A stretch of 63,769 bases of DNA, the filler included, from Phoronis australis (Eukaryota > Animalia > Phoronida): the NCBI GenBank assembly GCA_002633005.1. It is 12 parts of 12 records of this genome, joined end to end, with 100 filler letters (N's around TTAATTAATTAA, not from the genome) between each part and the next. Parts side by side here need not be neighbours in the genome. Positions count along the whole stretch, not along the records: positions 12,048 to 25,717 come from NMRA01000700.1; positions 25,818 to 35,962 come from NMRA01000239.1; positions 36,063 to 40,199 come from NMRA01002688.1; 9 more parts are not named here. One strand, written 5' to 3'. The position numbers and the translations under genes were made by a program. The number at the start of each line of letters is the position of its first letter. Position 1 is the first letter of the stretch. Below are positions 23,568-36,299 of this stretch, piece by piece. The notes beneath the pieces were generated by a model. It was not told the origin of the DNA, made no database searches, and saw nothing but the letters and a program-made list of their open reading frames with translations.

Positions 23568-24815
23568 AATGAAGGGCTACTACCGAACTATACTGATGTG
23601 TGGGTATAACGATAGAACTTGTTTGATTTTTTTTTCAATGCTGCAGGTTTTTAACTCCTACAACGTGCGCTTTGTTCGTCAGTACAATCCTATTGCATGT
23701 GCAGTTGTGACTTACAAGAATATAAATATCTTGTTCTTTAATATTTGTATTATTATAAAACGTGCTAAGGTAAAATACTTACAAAAATCATAAATTGTCT
23801 ACATAAAAACTAAGCAACTAAATACAAAACTGTCTCGGGCTCGTTAGTGGACTAGGCGGAAACTCCGGCAGCTTCACAGAGACTTCGTTCTCCCTCCTTG
23901 TCGGCAGCGCTTCGGGGCATGGTGTCTCTTATACTTTAAAGGTTGCATTAGCATAACAGTGCTCCTTGATTATAATCCCTGAAATAAAAGAGCACGCCTG
24001 TTTTAGTATCTTGGAGTACAAACTAAAAGACTTCACTATACATTTTCCAGTTAAGTTGTGCATAATAAGAATTTCCTAATTACACTGCATACCATTCCAA
24101 CACGAAACTTATTTGAAATGCATAATCTGCAAGATATATTTCATCCTTTGTCAACACAAGTATTACGGCCAGTTGCAGGACTTCATCTTCTTGCATTAAA
24201 TATTTTCAGAAGCGACTTTTTATTCATTCAATTTCTTCCCAAAATGTCAATTTTGTTACCATTTTAAGATTCATAAAAATACCTGAAAATCTGTTAAAAA
24301 ATCTCATGAGCATCAATTTGTGGATTTGCTGTGTTAACACACAATTGACACTGATGTGACTTTTCGCCCGAATATCAAAATCCAAATCAATGCCGGCTAT
24401 TCGTGATCTCATGAAACGTAAACAATCACTGTTTTGTTGCTTTGTTTACTTCTTCGACAACATTACTGACCTTTTGCAGGCACGGCAACGTACAATATAA
24501 GCGGCACTAAGCTTCATCCCCAAGTCCCAAGATAGCCATTTGAGGCATGCTTATGGGAAATGAAATGTGTCAGAATTTTTACGGAAAAATATCACCAGTA
24601 ATTTCGAAATATTGCTGCAGTTTTATATTAAAATGAAAACTAACTGCATATTGCGGCAATTTAGGTCTAAATCATTCGAAAACAGATTACTACTTATCAT
24701 CAATAAGAATTGATTGAAAATAAGTACATCCTTCATTTCAGACAATAACTATAACAATGCCTTCAGTCGATTGAATGGATACAATGTGAAAATACTTACA
24801 ATCTGCGTTTGTTCT

Positions 24816-25080
24816 TGTTGTGTACTTAGTCACACAATAACAGGATATTTGTAGGTTGTTATTGTTTATGAGTTTAGTAGTTTAATTGGTATTATGTCAT
24901 GCGATTCCTAGTACAGGAAGTGTGTCATAGGTAACCCATCATATGTTGTTATGTAGTTGTGTGTATATATATTGTGGTGATATGTAGAATAAATCAGTTC
25001 AGTGTTCAGTTCAATTCTGTTCGTTTCACTGCGTAGTTCATGGAGTGACTACTTTATTTGACAAAGTAAGATACACGACA
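24816..25080 (+). mobile_element. Gypsy 5' LTR
   Basis: Termini TGTTGTGTA...TACACGACA with internal TATATATA and AATAAA. It is followed by PBS TGGCGACGAG at 25082-25091 (tRNA-Ser type). The left boundary is inferred. Confidence 0.7.
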
Positions 25081-25091
25081 GTGGCGACGAG

Positions 25092-25717
25092 ATGACTGCG
25101 AGCTCACAGAGTTACCTACCCCCGTTTTCCGGTGAATATGATGGTAGCGAGGAGTGGGAATGCTACTTGGAAAGATTTGAACTGTTTCTACAAGCGAATG
25201 GGGAAACAGATTTCACGAAGAAGCAAGTGGCAGCAATGTTCTTGCATTCCATTGACAAGAAACATTATGGAATTGTACGGGATCTGGTCAGCCCAGCCAA
25301 ACCCAACCAGAAGACATACGGAGAGTTAAAGGAAACTCTGACGAAACACTTGGCAGGACCACGACTGACAATTGCGGAGACGAGACCAAAATAGAGGTGA
25401 GTCGATTACGGACTATGTAGTCGCGCTCAAACACCTCAGTCTTACCTGCAAGTTTGGTGATAAACTGGACGAGCAATTGAGGGACAGACTTATTAGCGGA
25501 ATTGCTAATGAGCAGACTTCGCTAAAGTTGCTTGAGAAGTCAAGGGAAAAGGAACTGACGTTTAATGAAACTGTCGAGTTCGCCTTAGCCAGAGAAAATA
25601 CTTTCATGGAAAACAAAACCATGAAAGGTGATATAGCTTCCACTGACGTAAAGGTGGTAAAGGCCAAAAGGAAAAATTGGGACCAGAAAAGCCGGCGAGT
25701 TGACAATCCAAAGGCAA
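25092..25717 (+). pseudogene. Gypsy (Mag-clade-like) gag, frameshifted near 25380 and cut by the segment end
   Basis: FSGEYDGSEEWECYLERFELFLQAN...LVSPAKP..KTYGELKETLTKH, then in another frame RDQNRGESITDYVVALKHLSLTCKFGDKLDEQLRDRLISGI. Confidence 0.9.
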
Positions 25718-25999
25718 NNNNNNNNNNNNNNNNNNNNNNNNNNNNNNNNNNNNNNNNNNNNTTAATTAATTAANNNNNNNNNNNNNNNNNNNNNNNNNNN
25801 NNNNNNNNNNNNNNNNNCTATTTGATTTCTTCGCTAGGCACATGAATGTTATCGTGTTATCGTCTTATTCATAATTGCCGCCGTGATCGTCTTGATTGTC
25901 GTCGTCTCCCTCATCGTCGTCTTTTCGATTAGTTCCGCCAAGTGTCGCTCCTCCGAGCGCTCTCGTTGTTTTTATTTTGAGACGTAATATTGATAACAC

Positions 26000-26120
26000 A
26001 GAGCTTGGAATTTTCGTCTTTTAAGAGGATTTCCTCGTTTTTGATTTGGATATTGTATTATTTTTTTACTTTATTCATGCAAAAAATGTTGCCAATTAAA
26101 TTGTACATTACAAAAAGATG
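26000..26120 (+). mobile_element. End of an interspersed hAT-like repeat (CAGGGCTTG...AGAGGATTTCCTC), 3 copies in the window
   Basis: Similar stretches start at ~26000, ~31460 and ~53823. Confidence 0.6.
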
Positions 26121-28162
26121 TTTTTATCAAACTTTTCCCGTTTTTGTTGTCATGTGTCATTTTAAGCCCTGATGACATGTTTAACTCCTCTGGTGATGAA
26201 AGGTATGACTCTCAGCATCATACGCACCTGTGGAAAACACTTTCATTGAGTTTTCATAGTGATTTGTCCAAATTTGTCAATGAGGCACAAATGTTCCCTG
26301 CATTATGTCCCCTCCATTACCCCATGTGGTGTCCGTCTCTCTGGATGTACCAAAAAAATAGAAAAATATGTAATTTTTGGCATCAATGTCTTATGATAGC
26401 ATTTAATTTCGTCATGCAAATGTATTTGCTTTTTGATTTTTTAAAATTTTTATAGAATTCCATAATATTTTCCACAGTTCAAAATTACAATTTGATTGTT
26501 TCCTTCCCTTAATTTCATTTTTGAAACTTTTCACTATTAGCTACACATACAAAATTTCAAGTTTCTGACTCTGTAAATCTGAAAATTTGTTTTTTATTTA
26601 TTTACTGAATTGTCCCTTCTGTTCTGCGCAATATTCTGTGGAATCGCCCCAGAATTAACTTTTAGTTGCAGACTCGTCGAGAAATAGGCCTCAGGATGCT
26701 GATTTTCAGACAGAGAACATGACTTCTAATAGGACAGCATCTGAATGCTATATGACATCATCCAGCCTGAATAAGGTTAATCAAGCTATTTTAACAAGAG
26801 CAATCTTATTTGAGATTAGACAACGAGTGGAATGTTATTAGTTCCCAACATTCGAGAATGAGAAAATAACGGGACATTTGGATTAAAAAAGTGGGATATC
26901 CGGATATAAAGTTCGGTATGTTTGCCTACGCCAAAACGCAAAGGTGAAATCTTCACAGCAACAGCTGAAAACCCCCCCAACGGTTTGTCTTCTTTTAGTC
27001 ACAGTAAAATACTGACCAGTGTCAAAACACCCAAAAATGCCCAGACAGCATTTTTTATTTTAGTGTAACGGTGAAATGGGGCTGTATTTTGTGTTGTATC
27101 TTCAATTTCACTGCATTTCTTTCAAAAAGTCAGACAGTCTCTCCAAAAACGGTAATGTTGCAAGTAGTTGCCAGCATTACTCAAACTGTGTGGACTGTCC
27201 ATGCCAAATGACCACATATGGATGTCCCAAGGTATTGTAAATAATTTGCAAGATCCATGCAACAGGGCTGGTGATCTATGTAACAAGGCAGGTGTAAGCA
27301 GCATTGCTATCACCTATGGGGTGCTACCATTGTTTTCTTATGTTGCATCTTTGTTGGATATAATAATATAGGTCAGATGGATATTGTACCTTGGTCCTAC
27401 ATCAGCTCATTACCAATGCTTGCCATTATCTTTATTATAAGAAAGAAAAACAAAGTGATCTGTGGATACCTTTGCCATGAGCTTGGGACCTAGTTTCCCC
27501 ATGGGCCACCTTATTATATGGTTACACTCTAAGCTTGCCTAATCTTGCTTATATTGCCACACCATTAGGCCTGTGGCCGTCTGTGCCGCTTATATACAAA
27601 ACTTACACCCAAGCGCCAATATGGGAACCATTTGTGTACAGAAGGCCACAAAAAAGGCCAAGAGAAGAAAGGCATTATTTCTGATGTAGGCTCATGGGCC
27701 TAAAACCAGGGCAATACAATAGTAATGCCATGACAGACATTCTTATTTTAGCACATTTGAGTATCCGGAATGGGCTGATTGTGTGTAGATCTGATTGTCA
27801 ATCACCAATAGGTCATGAGGTGTGTTTATTGGTTTGAAAACAGAGTTTGGTTAATTATGGGATTCACTTTAAAGATACCTGTAGTCAGCTTGAACACTCC
27901 TATTCAAGCTTGCATAGCAATGTTTACCAATTATGAGGCAAGATTTTTCAAGCTTGGAATTTATGTTTAGAAAAGGTCACTGCCCCAACAAGCTGATCTT
28001 ATTTAGAAGTTTTGGCAAGCTTGATTTACCTTACACGCAATAGTCTGTTGCAAGCGAAGTAATGGAACTTAGTAACGGAGCAAGGAAATTCAAGCTTTGA
28101 GAATAATGTCAAATAAGCTGACATACTTGGTAAGCATGAACAAACTTGGTCAAAATTAGCTT

Positions 28163-28678
28163 AAGGTTATGTTAAGGATTCTTGAAAAATGTCAAAATTT
28201 GGCTAACACCGGGTCATACCTCAGAAATGGCTGATCGTATCATATGAAACTTTCAGATACTTTGCTTTGTACACTGGTCTGCAAAATTCTGTACCAAATC
28301 GTTTTACTAAATATTTAACTTTTTCATGAGGAGCTATCAAGAAATAGAATTTTTATGATTTTTATCAAAACAAATCAAACATTGCCTAACATGAAAATGA
28401 AATAATGATTTAGAAAACTGGGTAACAGTGTTGAGCATTTGTATTCATGAAATGAAATTTGTTCAATTTATATTATTGATACCATTGCTTTGCTCCGAAT
28501 GCACCTTTATTTTTGTTAACTTTTCTTAAAAGTCATGGTCATGTGACCCAATACATGACAGGTTGGTAAAAAATCAAAGTTCCACAGGCTTTCTAGTTTC
28601 AGAAAATATGTACTTTATGAGTTAGGTGTAGATATTTGGCTAAGTACGCAGGTTTGCAATAGGGTCGCACATTACCTC
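28163..28678 (+). mobile_element. Kolobok-like non-autonomous element, related to 3876-4410
   Basis: TTAA-GGTTATGT start and ACATTACC end. Shares internal AGAAATGGCTG..CATATGAAACTT and ATGAAATTTGTTC segments with 3876-4410. Confidence 0.5.
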
Positions 28679-28770
28679 AGTATCATGTTGATGAAACCAG
28701 TCAAAGTTCTTTCATCTTCTTCACTGTTACCTGAGTGCTGTTGTGTGAATGAGGCACAGAAATTTCTTTG

Positions 28771-29099
28771 AAATGTTGCAATCGTAATAGCTGACATAAA
28801 AAGTTGCAATCGTAATAGCTGACATAAATTGTTGCAATGGTAATAGCTGACATAAAATGTTGCAATCGTAATAGCTGAATAAAATGTTGCAATCGTAATA
28901 GCTGACATAAAATGTTGCAATCCTAATAGCTGACATAAGATGTTGCAGTCGTAATAGCTGACATAAGATGTTGCAGTCGTAATAGCTGACATAAAATGTT
29001 GCAGTCGTAATAGCTGACATAAAATGTTGCAATCATAATAGCGGACATAAAATGTTGCAATCCTAATAGCCGACATAAAATGTTGCAATTGTAATAGCG
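28771..29099. repeat. 29-bp minisatellite AAATGTTGCAATCGTAATAGCTGACATAA, about 11 copies
   Basis: Directly visible; it explains the repetitive ORFs at 28672-29088. Confidence 0.95.
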
Positions 29100-29118
29100 A
29101 GTCTGTGGTTATTTACAG

Positions 29119-29207
29119 ATGTCTATGCCTCCAACTCCACTCACATTTTAAGGATCAATGAAGACACTGGCGCCAAGGAGGTGCTCTATCCTTCAGACAG
29201 GTCACAG
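29119..29207 (+). CDS. Probable exon of the LDL-receptor-family gene
   Basis: TTTACAG| ... CAG|GTATGG, reading VYASNSTHILRINEDTGAKEVLYPSDRSQ. It ends in phase 0, matching the exon at 34902. Confidence 0.6.
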
Positions 29208-32200
29208 GTATGGCATAATGTGGACATGGCTTTAGGGGGAATTCTTTGTTTCTCTATCAGTTTTGTCAGAGAGTGTTGCTGGACACAAAAGGCCTGTAGA
29301 GTGCAGACGTGTATCTGCTGAGTGTGAACTTGGAATCCTGCTTCATCTCAAGATTGCGTAGGCATGAACTTGGACTTTAATATTCATTAAATCAAGTGAA
29401 ATATTTTGTTCAGTGTAAAGAGTTTTAGTGATTTATGGCCCCACTATCGCCCATTTTCTTTTTTACTGTAACTTGTGTCACAGAATTGAAGGAATATTTG
29501 AATGGTTAACTAATTCTTGTTTGGTGCATAAGATGGTTAGTAGCTCACAAAAGCCAATAAAGGTTGGTTAAAGTTTACATCATTTTATTAACATATAATT
29601 TGCTTTAGTGCTCTACAAATTTTATCAACATGAATATGATTATTTGAGTGAACTTTCAAGTCTCCGCTTGTCTTCAAAGTTCAGGCATACAGGATCTTGA
29701 GATTATTAAGCAAGATTCCAAATTCAGGCACCGCATACAGCCTTGATCTGGTTTCTGCTGTAAGTTGCAATTCCTGCTTTATCAATTAGAAACAGATGTG
29801 AGCAAAGTCCACAAAGGTCAACATCAGGGTGACATGTTTCTCAGAACTTCATTACGTTCTCTTGTTACAGTCAAGGGAAGCTAGTGGCCATGTTTTTTCA
29901 ACAGCACCAGCGTTGAGATAACCTCTGTTTCTTCATGAAAGAGCTGGCTTTGTTATGCAAATTGAATTCACATAGTAGCACTACCATTTGTAATATTCCA
30001 ACCGAAGTTGCTGTCTAACATGTCAATATACAGATATCAATATAAATAAATATTATCAGCCAGTTTATGAAATATGCTACCCCTCCGTTGCATGTTGGGC
30101 TGGTGGGGGTAAACATTTGGAACAGATTCCACTAAATCTGTTGATGATTTATTTAAACCAAAAGAATGTTTTTTTAAGGGAAACAACTGGTTTTAGGATG
30201 ATGGTTTTTTTTTGGCTAGAACATAGACTTGAATTAGTTAACTTTGGCTAGAGTTAAAAATCGGTATATATCTTATCTTCTTGTGATTTCATTAGAAGTC
30301 GTTGATTGATGACCTGCTTCTAGCCATTTGGCAGAATAAACTGAAATCGAGGCCGGTGAACATCCGTGTTCTTTTTCATCCTTTAGGATGTTAAGCCCTT
30401 CATGAAATCTCCTCCCCTGTCATATTTTCACTTGTGTTATGTTTCATTTCTAGCCTTATCATATGTCCATCTCGCTGGGTCTTTGTTTCTATTTTGATTT
30501 TTATTCCGTCATGATAACGGCGTTTGTTTTTGGACCACACGTTTCTTGTTTCACTCTGCAACGTAGCTCGAAGCACAACCCAAGCAAACTTAATTTGTGT
30601 AAACATCATTATCATCGATTTCACTTTAAAAATTTTCGGCTTATCGCTCACCTTTGAAATTTTGTTTTCTCATATGCGCCCAGCATGACATGCTTGTCTA
30701 ACCCCCACCCCTAAACCATACCATTGGGATTTTAACAGTGTCCATGTCTTAGTGAATGCTCTGTTCTTCAGAATTTGAGTTACCAAATAGTACTCAACTA
30801 GCTTATCTTTGAACAAGATCAACTGTGAAATTGTACTGCTGTCTCCTGGGCATTCTAATATCATTCCCCTCATAAGCAGTAGGTGGACAGCTCATTTCAT
30901 GCATAACGTTTGCATCGAAAAATTTATTAAAGATATGCTGTGAAAGCTCCATTCTGGAAGGTAAGCCTCTTACTATATTATTTACAACCTGACAATGCTT
31001 TATTTGATTTTTTTGTACCTGAAGGCAGACTTCCTGGGCCTGAACCCAATCGGCCCTCGATAAGTTTTTAAGGGCCTATGTTCTGTTCCCTGATTTTTAA
31101 GTCTTCAATTTTAGTACTTTGGACGGTAACCAGAATGAGTGTGGTAGACACAGTTGAAATAGTAAACCTCCAGTTTCTGGTAAAAAAGTAACTTTGATTT
31201 AAGTCACTTGCCATTGTAAAATCTTGTTCCTTACTTGGGTAAGAAATGATGTCCGGGCTTTTTTGGTGTTAATGGTATCCTGTGAATGGCACATATTTAG
31301 TATTTCTGGAAATTTTGAATTTGTAGTTTTTGCAGTGCAAAAAAATCTTGCCTTGTATGCTGAGATATGTCAAACAGGATTGTAACATTATCTACTGTGT
31401 AAACTATATTGTGCTTGAGAAAATTCCCATTCAGCTCACCATTGTGTCACTGGGTATCCCAGGGCTTGAAATTTTTCTAGAGGATTTCCTCTTTTTGGTT
31501 TCAATTTCCTCTTATTTGATTTCCAGTTTTCTCTTTTTTGTCTCATTTTTATCATTATTTTGACGTTATTCAGGCAAAAACATTTATTTCACTTAAACGT
31601 CACAACACAAAAAGTATTTCTATCACACAAGCTTATTTATTTGTGGAATGATACATCTCCTGGAAAAATTTTCCTCTCCTATGTCATTGGTCATTCCAAC
31701 TCCCAATACCACAAAATCAGAAAGATTACTTTGTTAATTAAGGTACTCCAAAATTTTATACTATAAAGGTAAACACACTTTCAAACAGAAAGGTTTATTG
31801 GTTCCATTGTTTATTGTGATGTGTTTAAAAATTGATTTAAATCAATTGCAGTTCTACTTATTTGCAATGTCATTGCCTGTTAGGCATTTAGGGGTTCACT
31901 GATGGCTATCTTTGCTTTTTGTTAAATAACCGGGGGCTGGTCTTTATAGAATTAGGGTAGTTCTCTTATTTTGCGCCAAAAAATTGTCAAAATTTTATTT
32001 TTTCCATTTTTCAAAGGCTGGATACCTTTGCTGCAAATATTGGAAACTTTGCCTAGGCGAAGGTCATTTTTATGACATCCACGCACTGCAAACCATGTTG
32101 GTATGGACTAGAACGTTTATGGTTCATTTTGTGGAAAAATTGAGCAGTCTTGTGCCCTAAATAATAGAAGAATTGCAGTTGTTATATACATTTTCGTTCG

Positions 32201-33969
32201 ATCTCTCTGTTCGAACAAACCATAGTTTTGTGCTATGGAGGGCAATGCAACAGATGAAATACCTCAGAGCCAACTACATACCTGCTAAGTACTGCCAAAG
32301 GTGCAGTAGTTACTTACTGGGGTGTGGCATTTTGGGAACCAGTTTGATGCCCATTACTCAGTGGAACCCTTGTATGTGACTTGCTGTAAGAGGAACACGA
32401 TATCACACTTCTACATCCCTGACAAGCAACTTTCAATTGGACAATTCAGTTCACCTACCCAGTATTCAAATTGGTCCCATACCAACCGTCTTTGCTGTTG
32501 ACATATGTAACAAAATTGGATCTAGAAAAATCCTATGATTAATTGGATGAATATTCGGCCTTTATGACATGTACTGACCCTTCACGATATAGCTCTCACC
32601 TCACGGGTGTTCTAAAATTTCGGTCTGTTGTCATCTCTAAAAAGTGCCACTCCAGGTCTTACCATTGAATATTAGTCAGGTGAGCCAACTTCTCTGTAGT
32701 TACTACAGATTCCCAGCCAAACTTCAAACAGCTGATTCATCAAATTCATTCTAATCTGACTCCCAACTCTCGGACACTTTCAACAGTTCTTCAGCACCTG
32801 GACTGCACGTCTGCAAACTTTTCACGCCAGACATTCGAACAAACCATGGAGATGTATACTCTCGGTTATTCGGATTTAGACAGACCCACTTGGTGTTTTA
32901 GGTATGGAAAGTAGGCGATCATTCAATTTATTTTGCCTGCAATCTCTGCATCTTCAGATGAAGCCAATCACAGGAAACAGTCAAAGACTTAATACGGATA
33001 ATGCATTATCACTGGTCAACACAAGGCTGTTCACGCTGGAGTGACACTAGTAATTCCATGTAGCGCTGCCAATCCAGTCTTGGGTCAGTAAATTGTGAAA
33101 AATTTCTGTATAGTCGCATTCACTGCTGCCCCTTCTCAACTCTCTGGTCATCGTTGTGTTGGCAACAATGTACACCTGCTGATGGCTTATGTAAAAAATA
33201 ATCTAAAGATTTCATTAAGTTGGCATGGAAATGTGGTTTTAAGAAATATCTGAGTGACAGTATGAACAGTTTGTGGTTTGATAATAATGTAAAGGGTAAC
33301 TGTCATCATCTTTTTTATAGATTTCCAAAATTCAGTTCAAGTATACTTTTAGCTTGGTAAACTTTTCTGTCAATGAATTGTAAAGTAAGGCAAGGGAATC
33401 CCAGATACTTGTCTTTGCTTATGTTGAAGTGGAAGAATAAAATTTAAAAAAATATCACCTTTTTTGAAAGTGCTTTTAATCATTGTGGCATATTCTACTT
33501 TAAACAAAATTTAAATTTTTATTTAACAATAGTTGCAACCATTAATATGCCACAGGCAGTTGCTACGTTGAGATTATTGTAGTCAATGCTTGTAGATGCT
33601 GGGTAAGCCATTAGTCGGAGATGTTTCCCTAACCTTCCATACCTTTATGGTGTTGCCCTCCAGTTCTTTGATTAACTGTAGTAAGATTACCAAGCCTGTT
33701 TAACTGCTGTCTGTCATCATCCAATATGACTCTGGGACTGCTGGTTGGAGGCACATAACGTTAAATCCTCGTGAGAGATTATCTGAAGTTGTCACTGGGG
33801 CAACTCCGGATGGTCTGGGATCACAGAATTCGGCCGATTACATTTTATTGCCCGTGAAGCCGATGGTTTGGTGATCAGAGCTTCCTGAAGAAACATGACT
33901 TGCATTATCTCGATTTATGACCCACAACGTGTGACTGGACAAAGCCTTTTCAAATTAGAGTAGTTAACA

Positions 33970-34284
33970 TATAGGCGGGTTANCCCCCTGGCTGCCGCAA
34001 AAAATAAAACAACAAGAGCGTGAGGAAATAAATATTGAGTTAATAAGGTATGCGGCTGAGGGGGGGGGCTCAATGTCCATACAGACCGCCGTCACATATG
34101 GATCGCTGGCGCAATCGTTTGCCGTTTATTTTATTCCTCCATTTGTTTTTTAGTATTAGGTCCACATTCTCAGGAATTCGAGCCCCCCACCTTTTATGCT
34201 GGGTGCGCGCATGCAATCGTGCTTTGCGCGATTACTCGAAACAAAATGTTGGGCCCCCCTTATGATATCCTAGATCTGCCACTG
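33970..34284 (+). mobile_element. Short interspersed element with GGCGGATTTAGGGGG...CTAGATCTGCC ends
   Basis: Related starts at ~57868 and ~60575; a reverse-complement internal piece lies at ~45015-45110. Confidence 0.5.
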
Positions 34285-34901
34285 GATAAGCTGGTGGAGC
34301 GTGAGACCCTTGAGGTCCCAGTCAAGTCCTCACGACATTTCCACATTATGAGACCTTGTGATGGAAAGGATGGACCCATAAAATGCGAAGCACAAACAAA
34401 AAATTAGGAGGACGAACCATCAGATAGGACTGATGAAAAGGACAGACAAGGAGTTAGGAAGTGAAAGGACAACTTCCCATGGAAGCTGAGTGCAGGAATT
34501 CTTTGCCTGGTTTATTCCATTTCGTAGACTTTTTGTTGGATTTCATGCTTCTCATTGGTTCATCCTTCTCACCTGATGTTCTGTCCTTCCCTGTTCTAGG
34601 GTCCATCCTTCCCATCTGATGGTCCAGTCATTGCTGTTGTTTGGCCCGTCCTTCCCATCTGATGTCCTTCCCTGATGTATCCATCCTTCTCATCTGATGG
34701 TCCAGTCCTTTGCTGTTGTTGGGTCCATCCTTCTCATTGGCAGTCTGAACTTCACTGATCAAGCCTGACCTGAACCCACAAATATTGGTAAAAATGACAT
34801 GGTGCCTTTACTGGTCTGTAGTAAATTCCTGTCATTATTATTTGATTCTGTGGTTCTTTTCTACTTTACCACAATGATCACTGAAAGCTTATGATTTTTA
34901 G

Positions 34902-35040
34902 GCAATTGGTCGCGCTGTTGGATTGGCTGTGGACATTGGTAACAACTTGCTGTTCTGGTCAGATATTGATCCAAATTTGCAAGGGATTTACAAGTTTGAC
35001 TTGACCAGGAAACGTGTTCAACAGATCTACGCACCAACAG
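34902..35040 (+). CDS. LDL-receptor class B (YWTD) repeat exon
   Basis: TTTTAG| ... CAG|GTTTGT, reading AIGRAVGLAVDIGNNLLFWSDIDPNLQGIYKFDLTRKRVQQIYAPT. Confidence 0.88.
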
Positions 35041-35262
35041 GTTTGTATCTCAGGGTTACTGCTAGGTCTGTGACAATAATTGACACTTTCTGTTAGCTTG
35101 CTGCTGCATGTATTTTGAAGGTAAAACATTTTAGGTTTCATTTTGTCTAGATATGATTCGCCAGTAGTCTAAACACGTTACTGTTCTCTTTGCCATTTGT
35201 TAGCTGTTCATACAACATTTGAATCTCCACTAGTTTTAATTTTCTTCCTGATCCAATTGCAG

Positions 35263-35437
35263 GTTTTACCACTGAAATTAATGGGCTGTCAGTGGACTGG
35301 ATACATAATCGTGTGTACTTCACAGACGCCATCCAGCGTACTGTTGAAGTGATGGAATACGACGGCAGTAACAGATATATCGTGGCCGGCTCGGAGCTCC
35401 AGCAGCCAAGAGGGGTGTTGGCTGATCCTATACATAA
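35263..35437 (+). CDS. LDL-receptor class B (YWTD) repeat exon
   Basis: TTGCAG| ... |GTATGT, reading GFTTEINGLSVDWIHNRVYFTDAIQRTVEVMEYDGSNRYIVAGSELQQPRGVLADPIH. Phase-compatible with the previous exon. Confidence 0.92.
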
Positions 35438-36299
35438 GTATGTGATAAAATTTTGATGAGGATATGATAAAATTTCAACACATTAGAAACAGCTTGTGTT
35501 CAAATGTTGTGGCCCTGGTTTAACTTTTCTACTAAAAAACCCCGAACCGTTCTACTTAAGAATAAAATCAAAATAAGCATGTCGTGAACACATCCACTAA
35601 AACAAGAAACTGTAGGAACACTGCATTTATCCACCTTCACTCTTATCAGGCTTCTATTGTGAGTCAGCATGCGTGAATAATTGGCTGATAAGCCACCTCT
35701 GGAACTACTTTTGGCTGAATGGATGACCAGGCCATAAAATGATAATATTAGCCAAGACCAGTTACTAATGCAACAAAGAATAGTGTCGTAGTATCATCTA
35801 GCCTTGGTGGAAAGCTGTATACTGTATTGGCTCTAATAAACGCTTAGAAAAAATCATTTCACGGGGAGGGGATTCTTATTGTAGCCTACGGCAGTTGAAA
35901 GCCGGTTTCCCAAACGGGTAAAATCGGAAGCTAGGATTCATAAAATTTACGCTTTGTGACGANNNNNNNNNNNNNNNNNNNNNNNNNNNNNNNNNNNNNN
36001 NNNNNNTTAATTAATTAANNNNNNNNNNNNNNNNNNNNNNNNNNNNNNNNNNNNNNNNNNNNATTATTCTTCATTTGAAGACAAAGGCAATTTACACAAG
36101 GCGTTCGAAACTTAGCCCGTAGACGACGCAGCTAGCTGCACGTCGATTACTGAAGCCTGCAGGAAAGTCACTACCATCGACTGCCGGGTGCCCTTGAAAT
36201 TAAGCCTGGTCACTGTGACTTTTTGTCTTTGTCATGTTGCAGACCAGTCTGTGTTACATACTCTAAATCAAGTGTCTGGGAGATTGCTTCGCAGGCAAC

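Noticed and set aside
28672-29088. Repetitive proteins in three frames
   Set aside because: These are translations of a 29-bp minisatellite whose period is not a multiple of three.
2440-35437. One gene joining the CUB, LDLa, LRR and YWTD exons
   Set aside because: The exons lie on different segments separated by artificial spacers, and the LRR exon has its own signal peptide.
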